Source: a virus (taxonomy: Duplodnaviria > Caudoviricetes). Taken from it: a stretch of DNA of 64,000 bases. The notes beneath the pieces are model-generated. The model did not search any database, was not told the DNA's origin, and saw nothing but the letters and a program-made list of their open reading frames with translations. Each line of letters starts with the position of its first letter. The first letter of the stretch is position 1. A program made the translations under genes and the position numbers. The stretch is from positions 192,001 through 256,000 of IMG/VR virus record IMGVR_UViG_3300005326_000040; one strand, 5' to 3'. Below, in pieces: positions 45,485 through 54,566 of the stretch.

Positions 45485-47056
45485 ATGTCTAAGCCAAAAG
45501 GTATATTTACCTCTAAATATTCTCAATATAAATATGGTGCCGGTCAAAGTGTTGATGAGTTTATAGTTCAAAATATAGCTGAGTTGACACAACTGTATGA
45601 TAAGGGTTTCAATGATGGTTGGACAGTGTATGTTCGTTCATTGCGAGCCTCTTTTAAGCTGACATTTGCAAGTGCGCGTTCAGAAGATAACATTTCTGTT
45701 GTTCGAGCCAGGAGTGGTCGAGGGCAGTGGTTGCGAGATTTAAGTACAATTGATTTTGTGTGGAAAAATCAAACAACATGGTTTATCGACCCAGTTAATG
45801 GCTCTGATGAAGCAACGGGCATTGACCAAACCAATGCATTAAAAACATGTATGGAATGGTTTAGACGTACGGGTGGAGTCATTGATAATATTACAATGAC
45901 GGTAACTATTATGAGTAATGTATCGGCACCCGATTCGTTTCCAAGTCGCATCATAGCTCAAAACGGTGGTAATCTTAGAGTGGCTGGGCTTAAAACAGTT
46001 GTTGAAACAGGGCAATTATTGAGTTATACTGCGCCTGATTATGGTAATAACACGTTAGGTCAGATTGCTAAAGCTTCTGGAGATTGGGTTGAGCAAGAAG
46101 GCAGACTTATTTATATTACAGAAAAAAATGCTTGGGCTAGAATTGTAAAAGACTTAGGAAACGGCTTGGCTAGTGTAACAAAGTTTGTTGCAACAACTAA
46201 TGAAAATTCAGCATTTGCGAATGTACGTTCAGGTCAAACGCCTCAAGCTGGAAACACATATACTGTTTATACACTTCCGCTTTTGCCAATGATAAATGGG
46301 CTTGAAGTTTTTGGAGATCAACGACGGCCTAGTTTAATAAACGAAGGTTTTATTGTTTTTAAGGATCTTAGACTGACGATTGAGGCTGAAAATGGAAATT
46401 GGGGATATTTGAAAATAAACAATCATTCTCAATTTTATGTAATTTTTACTAAAGTAGATTTTCCTTATTGCCAACTTCACGGGTCTTTATATTTGATGTT
46501 TTGCCATTCTGGATATAATTCTGAAAGTCAGTATATGTGGTGTTTTGGGGATACTACAGGCACTTTGGCATTAATGTATCATTTGCATACTAAAGGGTTT
46601 TTATCTTTGATTTCTGTGCCTTATTCGTCATTTATTTCTTTAAGAGATGTTGTGGTGGATTCTGGGTATGTCTCAGTTTCTGGTGGTGGAGCATCTGTCT
46701 CAGAAGGTCTTGGCGTGTTTAACAGTTCTAACCCAGTGCGTATTTCTCGTGATAGCAAATTAACCATATATGGAAAGTTTTATGGCTCTGGTAACACTGG
46801 GATTTGTGTTCAAATTGAGGGCTCATTAATTACGCCGTCTACTTTTTCTGATATTACAATTACAAATGTAGCTGGAACAGATCAGTTGCGAGTTGGTGGG
46901 AGCGTTAATTTACTACCAGACATTACTGCTTCTGCTGGGGCAGTATTGCCAGCGGTGGCACCCTGTACTACCTGGGCACAGCTAGGTGCTTCGCCTTTTA
47001 GTGGTAAGGCGTTCAATTATGGTAATGGCGCATACATTGGGCCTGCAAGTCTCTAA
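45485..47056 (+). CDS. putative virion structural/tail-fibre-like beta-helix protein
   Basis: WFIDPVNGSDEATG motif; G/S/N/T-rich beta-repeat C-terminus. Confidence 0.55.
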   Translation: MSKPKGIFTSKYSQYKYGAGQSVDEFIVQNIAELTQLYDKGFNDGWTVYVRSLRASFKLTFASARSEDNISVVRARSGRGQWLRDLSTIDFVWKNQTTWFIDPVNGSDEATGIDQTNALKTCMEWFRRTGGVIDNITMTVTIMSNVSAPDSFPSRIIAQNGGNLRVAGLKTVVETGQLLSYTAPDYGNNTLGQIAKASGDWVEQEGRLIYITEKNAWARIVKDLGNGLASVTKFVATTNENSAFANVRSGQTPQAGNTYTVYTLPLLPMINGLEVFGDQRRPSLINEGFIVFKDLRLTIEAENGNWGYLKINNHSQFYVIFTKVDFPYCQLHGSLYLMFCHSGYNSESQYMWCFGDTTGTLALMYHLHTKGFLSLISVPYSSFISLRDVVVDSGYVSVSGGGASVSEGLGVFNSSNPVRISRDSKLTIYGKFYGSGNTGICVQIEGSLITPSTFSDITITNVAGTDQLRVGGSVNLLPDITASAGAVLPAVAPCTTWAQLGASPFSGKAFNYGNGAYIGPASL

Positions 47057-47100
47057 GAATCCTTTTCTATTTTCATTTCTCTTACTTGTAAGGAGTTGAA

Positions 47101-47418
47101 ATGGAAAACCTAACATCTGATACATTCGATAAAACAATTGCAGAAAATTCAATGCTTATTTTAGACTTTTGGGCTCCGTGGTGTGGCCCATGCAGAGCTT
47201 TTGGCCCTGTGTTTGAAAAGTCTTCCAAAGCTCATTCTGATATTTATTTTGCGAAAGTAAACGTTGATGAACAGCCCGAAATAGCTTCTAAATTTGGGGT
47301 TCGTTCAATTCCAACAATTGTTGCGATTAAAAACCAAACAGTAGTCTTCAATCAAGCCGGGATGTTACGGGAAGGTGATTTGGATAAATTGGTCGAGGAG
47401 TTGAAAAAGCTAATATAA
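47101..47418 (+). CDS. trxA: thioredoxin
   Basis: DFWAPWCGPC, KVNVDEQ, VRSIPT; AAGGAG RBS. Confidence 0.95.
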   Translation: MENLTSDTFDKTIAENSMLILDFWAPWCGPCRAFGPVFEKSSKAHSDIYFAKVNVDEQPEIASKFGVRSIPTIVAIKNQTVVFNQAGMLREGDLDKLVEELKKLI

Positions 47419-47478
47419 TTGAATTTAATTGACGTGTTGTTTTTTTGACAACAGTTTCATTCATTGGTACGAAAAGGC

Positions 47479-47637
47479 ATGAAGCTTATAGCATTTGTGA
47501 AAAAAGCCTTGGTCTGGTCGATTGGTGTTGGCGTTTATTTAATGATGTCAGTGGGCGCATTATGTTTATATTTCTGGGTGATTGAAAATTATCTGGAATG
47601 TAAGTTTATGAAGAAGCTTTGTGATGTTATTTGTTAG
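47479..47637 (+). CDS. small membrane protein (52 aa)
   Basis: MKLIAFVKKALVWSIGVG... hydrophobic; AAAGG RBS. Confidence 0.45.
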   Translation: MKLIAFVKKALVWSIGVGVYLMMSVGALCLYFWVIENYLECKFMKKLCDVIC

Positions 47638-47690
47638 TTGTCGAGCATAGTTTCCTCCGTTGATAAGTATATGTCAATGGAGGCTTCTAA

Positions 47691-47894
47691 ATGAAGATTG
47701 ACAACACAAACGCAAAAGTAACGATTACGACCAAGGGAATTACAATTTCAGCGGACAAGACTACCATTTCTGCTACCGGAGGCATTACTATTACCGATGT
47801 CGGCGAAATTACTCTCAAGCGGACACGTAAGGGTTTTATTGTTGAAATCGCTTCGGAGTCAGTAGATTTCGAAAAGAATATTAATATTGCGTAA
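47691..47894 (+). CDS. small Thr/Ile-rich protein
   Basis: GGAGG RBS; repeated ITIT beta pattern. Confidence 0.65.
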   Translation: MKIDNTNAKVTITTKGITISADKTTISATGGITITDVGEITLKRTRKGFIVEIASESVDFEKNINIA

Positions 47895-47905
47895 GGAATA
47901 TTTTA

Positions 47906-48187
47906 ATGAACGAAAATGTTATTGAAGCGTCTTCTGAAGGCAGTGAAGAGAAAGTTCAAAAGACCTCGAAAAAGAATAAGGTAAAGAAGGCTGCAAAGAA
48001 AGTAAAGCCCCTTCGAAAACCTAAAGCAAAGGTCTTGTGGCGATCTTATTCTAATAAGAAGAATCGCCGAGGAAAGACTAAAGAGCAGTTGGACAAGAAG
48101 AAAATTACGCTCAGCGAGGCAGTAGTTATTAATCCGCGTCCTATGTCGTATGAAGAAAAAGTCGAGCTAGCTAAATCTATGGTTTAA
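47906..48187 (+). CDS. basic Lys-rich protein
   Basis: AAGGA RBS. Confidence 0.65.
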   Translation: MNENVIEASSEGSEEKVQKTSKKNKVKKAAKKVKPLRKPKAKVLWRSYSNKKNRRGKTKEQLDKKKITLSEAVVINPRPMSYEEKVELAKSMV

Positions 48188-48240
48188 CCTAGAGTTTAGT
48201 CTTTTTGATCCTTTATCCCCGCCAAGCTAGACTCATGTGA

Positions 48241-48408
48241 ATGAGTCAATACATTTGGAATGTAAAGTGGTTAGCCCTTTACATTAATCTTTTTCTACCT
48301 AAAGACAAAAACATTTACAAATCGTCTCTTTACGTCAATTTGGGGCGATTAAGATTGCATATTGAATTGGAACCGAAAAATCCTTGGAAACGTCGAATAG
48401 ACAGGTGA
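48241..48408 (+). CDS. small hypothetical protein (55 aa)
   Basis: MSQYIWNVKW...; ends 3 nt before the HNH ATG. Confidence 0.4.
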   Translation: MSQYIWNVKWLALYINLFLPKDKNIYKSSLYVNLGRLRLHIELEPKNPWKRRIDR

Positions 48409-48411
48409 AAA

Positions 48412-48747
48412 ATGCTTTCTAGAAAAGCTTATATCCGGCAGGTTTTTCGAGATGCTGTTTTCGAACGAGCCAATTATAAATGTGAAATACCTGGTTGTAA
48501 TGTTGTTTCCAATCAAGAAGACGCTTGTGATGATTTAGACGTTCATCACATTACGAATCGCAAACTCTTTAAGTTTGGTGGATATGTAAAAGAAAATGGT
48601 ATCGCTGTCTGCCCAGCCTGCCATTTCAAAGCAGAACAATTTTGGGCGACAGGAACAGCCTCTTCTGGTTATCATCCTGATGACTTGTATGAGGTCATAG
48701 CTTCTTCTTTAGAGGAAGCGCTCAAGGCTGATAAGGATAATTATTGA
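48412..48747 (+). CDS. HNH endonuclease
   Basis: CEIPGC...LDVHHI...NGIAVCPACH. Confidence 0.85.
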   Translation: MLSRKAYIRQVFRDAVFERANYKCEIPGCNVVSNQEDACDDLDVHHITNRKLFKFGGYVKENGIAVCPACHFKAEQFWATGTASSGYHPDDLYEVIASSLEEALKADKDNY

Positions 48748-48750
48748 GCG

Positions 48751-49773
48751 ATGAAAAATATTGAAATTAGGCGCGACACTTTGGCATCAAAGCTCGATGA
48801 TTTTGAGATTTTCCGATGGAATAATTATCGGGAACAGCAGGTTCCTAATGGAAGCAAATTTAAGATAAATCAAGAGCCTTATCTTGATATTGTTTTGACG
48901 GACAAATGCAATCGTCATTGTCAGTTTTGTATTGCCGACCTTCTTGATAAGAGGGATGATTGTAATGTTTCTGTTTTTAAAGACCAGATATCTTGGGCAG
49001 TAGAAAACTTTGGAGTGCGTGAAGTTTTGCTTGTTGGCGGCGAGCCTACAATTGCGCCAGCTTTGTTTCCAATTTTGGAACATCTTAAATCTGTCTCGCA
49101 AATTAAGAAAGTCTGTCTCACAACCAATGGTGACCGTCTACTTTCAAGAGACGGGACGATAACAGATTTTGCTACTAAATTGTGTTCGTCTGGCGTAACT
49201 AACATTAATTTGTCTTTGATGTCATTACACAAAGACATTCAACAGAAAATCGGTGGGTCAGCGAACGCTTTTCATTTAGCTGGCTTACCAGCGCTTCATG
49301 CTCTTTGCGTGAAAAATGGTGTTTCTTTAAGAATTAACAGTAATGTGTTTAGAGGCAATCACGATACGCTTGCTTCCATTGTTGAATTTTATAGGACGGT
49401 ATCGCCGTATGTTCATAGCGTAAAGTTTTCTCCGCTTCTTCGTGTAGATAACTATTCTGTAGTTAATAAAGTGATCGATTTTGTCGTTCAAAATATTCTT
49501 ACCAACGAAGAATATGAAAGTCTTTTCAAGTCTGTAGAAGAATATTTTTCGGATTATCCTGTTGTGCGAAATCCTTTAACTTTTGGTTTTGTCGAATATA
49601 GCATGATAATAAGGGAAACGCCAATCATTTTGAATTACAATCATCGAGGTCAAATGGCAGCAAAGGCTGCGCTTGGTTTGGTTAACAATCTGAAGTTGTT
49701 GACCAATGGAAATCTTTCTTTGTCTTGGAATAAGGATGACGATTCTAAAGTCGTTCGATTTCCTGTTAAATAA
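48751..49773 (+). CDS. radical SAM protein
   Basis: CNRHCQFC (CxxxCxxC), GGEPT, LTTNG, INLSL. Confidence 0.92.
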   Translation: MKNIEIRRDTLASKLDDFEIFRWNNYREQQVPNGSKFKINQEPYLDIVLTDKCNRHCQFCIADLLDKRDDCNVSVFKDQISWAVENFGVREVLLVGGEPTIAPALFPILEHLKSVSQIKKVCLTTNGDRLLSRDGTITDFATKLCSSGVTNINLSLMSLHKDIQQKIGGSANAFHLAGLPALHALCVKNGVSLRINSNVFRGNHDTLASIVEFYRTVSPYVHSVKFSPLLRVDNYSVVNKVIDFVVQNILTNEEYESLFKSVEEYFSDYPVVRNPLTFGFVEYSMIIRETPIILNYNHRGQMAAKAALGLVNNLKLLTNGNLSLSWNKDDDSKVVRFPVK

Positions 49774-49784
49774 GTAGGCATAAA

Positions 49785-50294
49785 ATGCACCCACAATGTT
49801 TTAATCTGTTTAGACCAATAGGCGCGATTGTACCGGCAAATTCTTTGGTATTGGACGTAGGCTCTTATGACGTTAATGGAACTCTAAAACCTCTGTTTTC
49901 TCACTGTAAATATACAGGATGTGACATTGGAGCCGGGCCAAATGTAGATGTGGTTCAAACTCTACCTCATGTTCTTCCTTTTACTGATGAGTCTTTTGAT
50001 GTGGTTATTTCTGCTAATTGTCTAGAGCATTGTAAGCGCCCATGGGAACTTATTCTTGAAATGGACCGGGTGCTAAAACCTTCTGGGATAATTGCTGTTT
50101 CGCTTCCGTGGGTCGGTATAGGATATCACCCCTATCCTATCGACTGTTACCGTATTACGCCGGATGCAATGTCCGAGTTGTTTGGTCCATGGATGGAAGA
50201 CAACGGCCGTTTCAGTTATGAGATGCATGTTAATGCTTTTGGAGAGTTGGACACATTTTTTTGGGGAAACAAGAAGCCGCGAACAAGTATTTAG
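49785..50294 (+). CDS. class I SAM-dependent methyltransferase (type 11-like)
   Basis: VLDVGSYDVNG; FDVVIS...LEH; RVLKPSG. Confidence 0.88.
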   Translation: MHPQCFNLFRPIGAIVPANSLVLDVGSYDVNGTLKPLFSHCKYTGCDIGAGPNVDVVQTLPHVLPFTDESFDVVISANCLEHCKRPWELILEMDRVLKPSGIIAVSLPWVGIGYHPYPIDCYRITPDAMSELFGPWMEDNGRFSYEMHVNAFGELDTFFWGNKKPRTSI

Positions 50295-50341
50295 TCGGGC
50301 AATGTTGATTAGAAATAGAGTTATAAGTTGGAGCAATTGTC

Positions 50342-50953
50342 ATGGATGATAAAAATGATTCTCGCGGCGAACCTGAGTTTTGTGGAGCTTTTCCTATTCG
50401 TCAAGAGATTCTGGTTCTTCCAGCAGATGAACCTAAGAAAGAACTTGGTTGGTTTTGTCATGAAATTATCGCCGGATCGCCAGAAGCTGATGCACAAAAC
50501 GCTCGTTTGAATAAAGACGTTTACTTGGCAACCGATCAGGCGGATAAGTATAGAACAAGTCATGTTGCTCATTATAAGCGCCCTGATGAGTTTTGCTGGA
50601 CGGTAATTCCTGTTCTTCAATTTCTTTGGGGTAAGCCTTGGAACAATATGGCGTTGAATTTTATGCCTAGTCTGCGCCCAGGTGGGATTAGAGTTGTTGG
50701 AGGTAAGGCTGGCAACTGTATTACTTGTGATTGTTCCACATGGCGAGTAACGGTTTATCTCGAAGATGATGACCGTACTATTAGAAGAATTGAACAAGAA
50801 GTAGATGGTGGGTGTTTAGGTGTTCGTTATGGTGCGGATTTGAGTGATTATATGAATGGTCGCGAACCTTATCCTGGGAGCGTTGGAGCTATTATAAACC
50901 CTAGGGGAGTTATAGCTGGTAGGAAATCAAAGAAGGATTCTGAAAATGAGTAA
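50342..50953 (+). CDS. hypothetical protein, possible I78-like segment
   Basis: IRVV...ITCDCSTWRVTVYL...IRRI. Confidence 0.6.
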   Translation: MDDKNDSRGEPEFCGAFPIRQEILVLPADEPKKELGWFCHEIIAGSPEADAQNARLNKDVYLATDQADKYRTSHVAHYKRPDEFCWTVIPVLQFLWGKPWNNMALNFMPSLRPGGIRVVGGKAGNCITCDCSTWRVTVYLEDDDRTIRRIEQEVDGGCLGVRYGADLSDYMNGREPYPGSVGAIINPRGVIAGRKSKKDSENE

Positions 50954-51605
50954 GATTAGAATTTATGCTTTGGAAGTGAAAAAGTGGGATAATGACGCTA
51001 AAAATTCTAAATTTGAAAGGAAAGCTTTAAGTACGAAGCCATTTACATTAGACAATCAATCGGTTATTAGTGAAATTTCTTATCTTGACAAAATGAAGTC
51101 CGGATATGTAATTCAAAATGCCGCATATGAATTTACGCAGGAAGATTTTGCTGTCGCGATGTTATCTTTTGATCGGCCCGCTGCTAACTATTATCTTTTG
51201 CTTTCTGATAACTGCGTGAGTGTTCAGGCTTTAGCTGAAACTGAAGCGGCTCAAAAAAAATTAATTGAGGCAAAGCTAATTATAAATTGGATGGTTAGGG
51301 ATCCAAAACGAAGAATGATGACCAAACATTCGCAGGAATATTCTTGGGCTCAGGGGTTACCGTCAACTACTGTTAAGATTGGGCGTGACCCAAAGTCAGA
51401 TATTCTTGTTGAAACCGCAGCTAGGATGCAGGGTGTAATTGAGATTAATGAGCAAGGTATTTTTTACATTGATTTAGGCGCCGAACCAAGAAGCAAAATT
51501 AATCAACAATTTGTTTCTAAATTAGAATTGTTTGATTTTCTAGAGTATAACTTGGAAATTAATGGCTCTTACTTCAATCTTATTGTAAAGACAAAGCGTC
51601 AATGA
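50946..51605 (+). CDS. protein with a C-terminal FHA-like domain
   Basis: VKIGRDPKSDI...IFYIDLG...KINQQ. Confidence 0.55.
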   Translation: MSKIRIYALEVKKWDNDAKNSKFERKALSTKPFTLDNQSVISEISYLDKMKSGYVIQNAAYEFTQEDFAVAMLSFDRPAANYYLLLSDNCVSVQALAETEAAQKKLIEAKLIINWMVRDPKRRMMTKHSQEYSWAQGLPSTTVKIGRDPKSDILVETAARMQGVIEINEQGIFYIDLGAEPRSKINQQFVSKLELFDFLEYNLEINGSYFNLIVKTKRQ

Positions 51606-51799
51606 AAATTGAAAAGATATCTACAACAGTTACAGAAAACTTACGATGTACTTGTATGCAATTGTTTGATGCTGATAAAATTAAGGAACTTAGGATTGGA
51701 GACAAGCTTGAGTTTGAATGCAGCTTGTGTTTGAAAAGAGTAGAGATTGTAGTAGACTTGGTTCCTTTGTATACTGTTACTGTTACATCTAAGCACTAA
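51602..51799 (+). CDS. small Zn-ribbon protein
   Basis: CTC...CSLC. Confidence 0.55.
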   Translation: MKIEKISTTVTENLRCTCMQLFDADKIKELRIGDKLEFECSLCLKRVEIVVDLVPLYTVTVTSKH

Positions 51800-51800
51800 G

Positions 51801-52241
51801 ATGACTACCGACGCTTATCGAACACCAGGGGCTGTTGGGCTCCCTTATCGGGAGCCTGCTTCTGACCAAAAACCTTTAAAGGAAGTTGGCCGGGCAGTCA
51901 TTACAATTGTTGATGGTTCCGGGGCTGAATATGTTCATGATATTACAGCGCAATGGATACCTGCTTTTGAATATGAAGTTGTTAATATGTCCGTCGCTTC
52001 AAAAAAACAAAAAACTAAACCTATTATTCAAGACATCAGACAAATTGTAAAAAAGTGGGTAAAGCAATCATATGATGAGGGTTTCTTTTTTGTGGGGTCG
52101 TCGATTGTGCATGTTGTGTTACGTGAGAATATTAAGAACATTGAAGTAAAATTTACCACAGTTATGGTTGAACCAAATGTAAATCCGGCGGAAGTTGGTT
52201 TGAATAAAATTGGATTTACAAATATCAGGGCGGTGTTTTGA
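51801..52241 (+). CDS. hypothetical protein
   Basis: 146 aa; starts MTTDAYRTPG. Confidence 0.65.
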   Translation: MTTDAYRTPGAVGLPYREPASDQKPLKEVGRAVITIVDGSGAEYVHDITAQWIPAFEYEVVNMSVASKKQKTKPIIQDIRQIVKKWVKQSYDEGFFFVGSSIVHVVLRENIKNIEVKFTTVMVEPNVNPAEVGLNKIGFTNIRAVF

Positions 52242-52242
52242 T

Positions 52243-52590
52243 ATGTTTACGTTATTTGTGTTGCCTCAGGACTTGGAATATCGCAGAGATTCTTTTGGTA
52301 GGAACGTGATGAATGTTCAGGAAATGTTTTTAACAGTTCTTAGAACGCTTCCTCCCGTTGATGAGAACGTGCGTTTTAGTATCAGATTTTATCAGCAAGA
52401 CGGCTCTGAATGGGGTCTTGATGATGATTATACTTTTGATTGTTTGCCCGCAATAGAGTGGAAACGAGGGGACATGATCAATCTTGCTATTTCTAAAGCA
52501 TATTGGGACGCCCTTAAAAAAGGAAAATCTATTGGACGAGCAAACCTATCTAGGATAGATATTCTTCTACAGAACAAAGTTGTATCTTAA
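52243..52590 (+). CDS. hypothetical protein
   Basis: ATG 52243 follows the upstream stop. Confidence 0.6.
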   Translation: MFTLFVLPQDLEYRRDSFGRNVMNVQEMFLTVLRTLPPVDENVRFSIRFYQQDGSEWGLDDDYTFDCLPAIEWKRGDMINLAISKAYWDALKKGKSIGRANLSRIDILLQNKVVS

Positions 52591-52598
52591 GGATAAAT

Positions 52599-53231
52599 AT
52601 GGAAAACTTTAGTTGGTTACCGACAGACCCAAACGTGATGGAAACTGTTATTTCTAATATGGGTTGGTTGGAGGGTTCTGGGCAAGTTGTGTATTTTATG
52701 AATTATCTTTTGGTTGCGGATTTCATTGTTACACCAGAAACCATAGCTCCTTTTGGAATTGAATTAATGAACAAAATTATGGAGCTTGAAAAAGAACTTC
52801 ACCAAGAAAAATGCGATGACATTGAATTTGGTATTGTTGATGGCAAAGTAAGAGGTTGGAAAGTTGTTTTTGATTCATATTGGCCCCAAAATTGTGGGCG
52901 TGAATATGGTAAAGTAAATTTGTGTCGAAGCATACATGTTGGTGATTTTGCTGGAATAGCAGAAGGAGATGAAGCTGTATATATAAGAATCGATTCCGTC
53001 GCGGAAGATCAGACGCTTACGGCTACAGTCGTGAAGCTTGGTAATTTTTTCAGTATAGATAGAATTCCTGGGGCGCCATATTCTTCTCAAGGATTTGTTT
53101 CGAATGAAACTTTAGTTCTAAAAAGAAATCCTTCGACAGGAGATTGGACGATAGAGAGCCCTAAAAATCGACCATGGCATACTCTAAGAATTACTTCTGG
53201 TGGCGCTTTGAAGTTTGAACATTATCGTTAG
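52599..53231 (+). CDS. hypothetical protein
   Basis: 210 aa, AAGGA RBS. Confidence 0.7.
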   Translation: MENFSWLPTDPNVMETVISNMGWLEGSGQVVYFMNYLLVADFIVTPETIAPFGIELMNKIMELEKELHQEKCDDIEFGIVDGKVRGWKVVFDSYWPQNCGREYGKVNLCRSIHVGDFAGIAEGDEAVYIRIDSVAEDQTLTATVVKLGNFFSIDRIPGAPYSSQGFVSNETLVLKRNPSTGDWTIESPKNRPWHTLRITSGGALKFEHYR

Positions 53232-53241
53232 GAGATTTAAT

Positions 53242-53628
53242 ATGAAAGAGATTTCGAAGTTTTTAGTTGATCAGTTGATTTCGGTGTATGAATCTGGTGA
53301 AAATTATCAAGACAAGGAAAATCAGCCAAGCGCACCAACTTTCAGAACAAGAATGGTAGAGGGTAAGATTCTTGTTGATCGGTGGAATTTGATTTCTACT
53401 GATATAATTGTTAATAGCGATTGGAAAGATTTTGTTATTGAGCAATGCAGGAAACTTGACCCAGGAGCATGTTTAGATGACTCTTGCATGATGTGGGGTA
53501 TGGACGTTTATTTTAGCGATAATTTGCCAAAAGATATGTGTATTATGTTATCATTAGACGGCATAGGCAGTTTGAGTGAATTGGATGGTCGAAGAATTGC
53601 TATTGTTTCGTTAGAGGGGCTTCGATGA
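53242..53628 (+). CDS. hypothetical protein
   Basis: AGGAG RBS before ATG 53242. Confidence 0.65.
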   Translation: MKEISKFLVDQLISVYESGENYQDKENQPSAPTFRTRMVEGKILVDRWNLISTDIIVNSDWKDFVIEQCRKLDPGACLDDSCMMWGMDVYFSDNLPKDMCIMLSLDGIGSLSELDGRRIAIVSLEGLR

Positions 53629-53822
53629 AAGATAAAGTTATTAGTTGGGAAGTGTGGGAAGAGATTGAGTTAATTTTACCGAATGCTGCAAAGTGTGATT
53701 TTTGTGGCGTGTTAGGTTATTATGCTTGGGCTCCTAAAGGTAGCTTATTCGTTTGTTCAAGGTGTAAGCCGCATTTGCCAGAGTTTGAATTGACATCTAA
53801 CACGGATGGTTATACTTCGTGA
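53625..53822 (+). CDS. small Zn-finger protein
   Basis: CDFC...CSRC. Confidence 0.55.
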   Translation: MKDKVISWEVWEEIELILPNAAKCDFCGVLGYYAWAPKGSLFVCSRCKPHLPEFELTSNTDGYTS

Positions 53823-53980
53823 ATGAATCTAAAGAAATCATCAACTCTTTTGTACAAGACGCCAAATGTGCCAAAGGAGAATTTCAAGACATTGTTGGTA
53901 AACATGGCGTTCCAATGACTATTGTTGTTGTAGGTTTTGTTTTCGTTGTTGGTTTTTGTATTCTAGCCGCTTCATTCTAA
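53819..53980 (+). CDS. small membrane protein
   Basis: GTG start overlapping the upstream stop; hydrophobic C-terminus. Confidence 0.4.
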   Translation: MNESKEIINSFVQDAKCAKGEFQDIVGKHGVPMTIVVVGFVFVVGFCILAASF

Positions 53981-54028
53981 TAAAATCCAAATAGGTTGGT
54001 AATATTTATGTATTTCCAGTGGTGATCT

Positions 54029-54565
54029 ATGGATGTTAAAAACCTTTTAATTACAGCAGACTTATTTCGGAAATATGCTCAAGAAGCCCCTCAAGAGGGT
54101 GGAGATTTAACCGCTCAAGTTCAACAGGCTATGAAAAAAGCCTTGAATGATTGGATTATTGGTGCTCAACATATTTCGAAACCTGGAGTTCCAATATCTG
54201 TACAATTTTCCTTGAGATTGAGGTTCAGCGTAGCGCCAAGAAATGAAACAGAAGCTGTTACTCCTGCCGTTATAGAGATGACCTCTCGTCCTGTTTATTA
54301 TCGGTCAGAAAAAGATGCAAGTGGAAAAGTCTCTATGGTGCGGAAAGAGCTTACTCAATTGACACCAGAGGAACAGACGGCAGTAAAATCATTCATGGCG
54401 AAAGTTGCTAACTGGCAGAATGAAGCTTCTGTTCTTGGTAATATGTCTCCGGAAACTATTAAACAATTGTTTTCTATGCTTTTTAGGTCAAAGCAAACTG
54501 GAGCCTATTCTTATCCGGAAAATGGCTCATCGCCGCCTGTAACTCTTGAACTATTTGAAAGATAA
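54029..54565 (+). CDS. hypothetical protein, possibly virion-associated
   Basis: 178 aa; RKYAQ motif; AATA-N6-TAT upstream. Confidence 0.7.
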   Translation: MDVKNLLITADLFRKYAQEAPQEGGDLTAQVQQAMKKALNDWIIGAQHISKPGVPISVQFSLRLRFSVAPRNETEAVTPAVIEMTSRPVYYRSEKDASGKVSMVRKELTQLTPEEQTAVKSFMAKVANWQNEASVLGNMSPETIKQLFSMLFRSKQTGAYSYPENGSSPPVTLELFER

Positions 54566-54566
54566 A

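Noticed and set aside
48230-48350. Hairpin cluster upstream of the HNH (GACTCAT/ATGAGTC, AATGTAAAG/CTTTACATT) as an ncRNA or intron
   Set aside because: A 55-codon ORF (48241-48408) spans the region and I found no group I or II intron core. It remains possible but unsupported.
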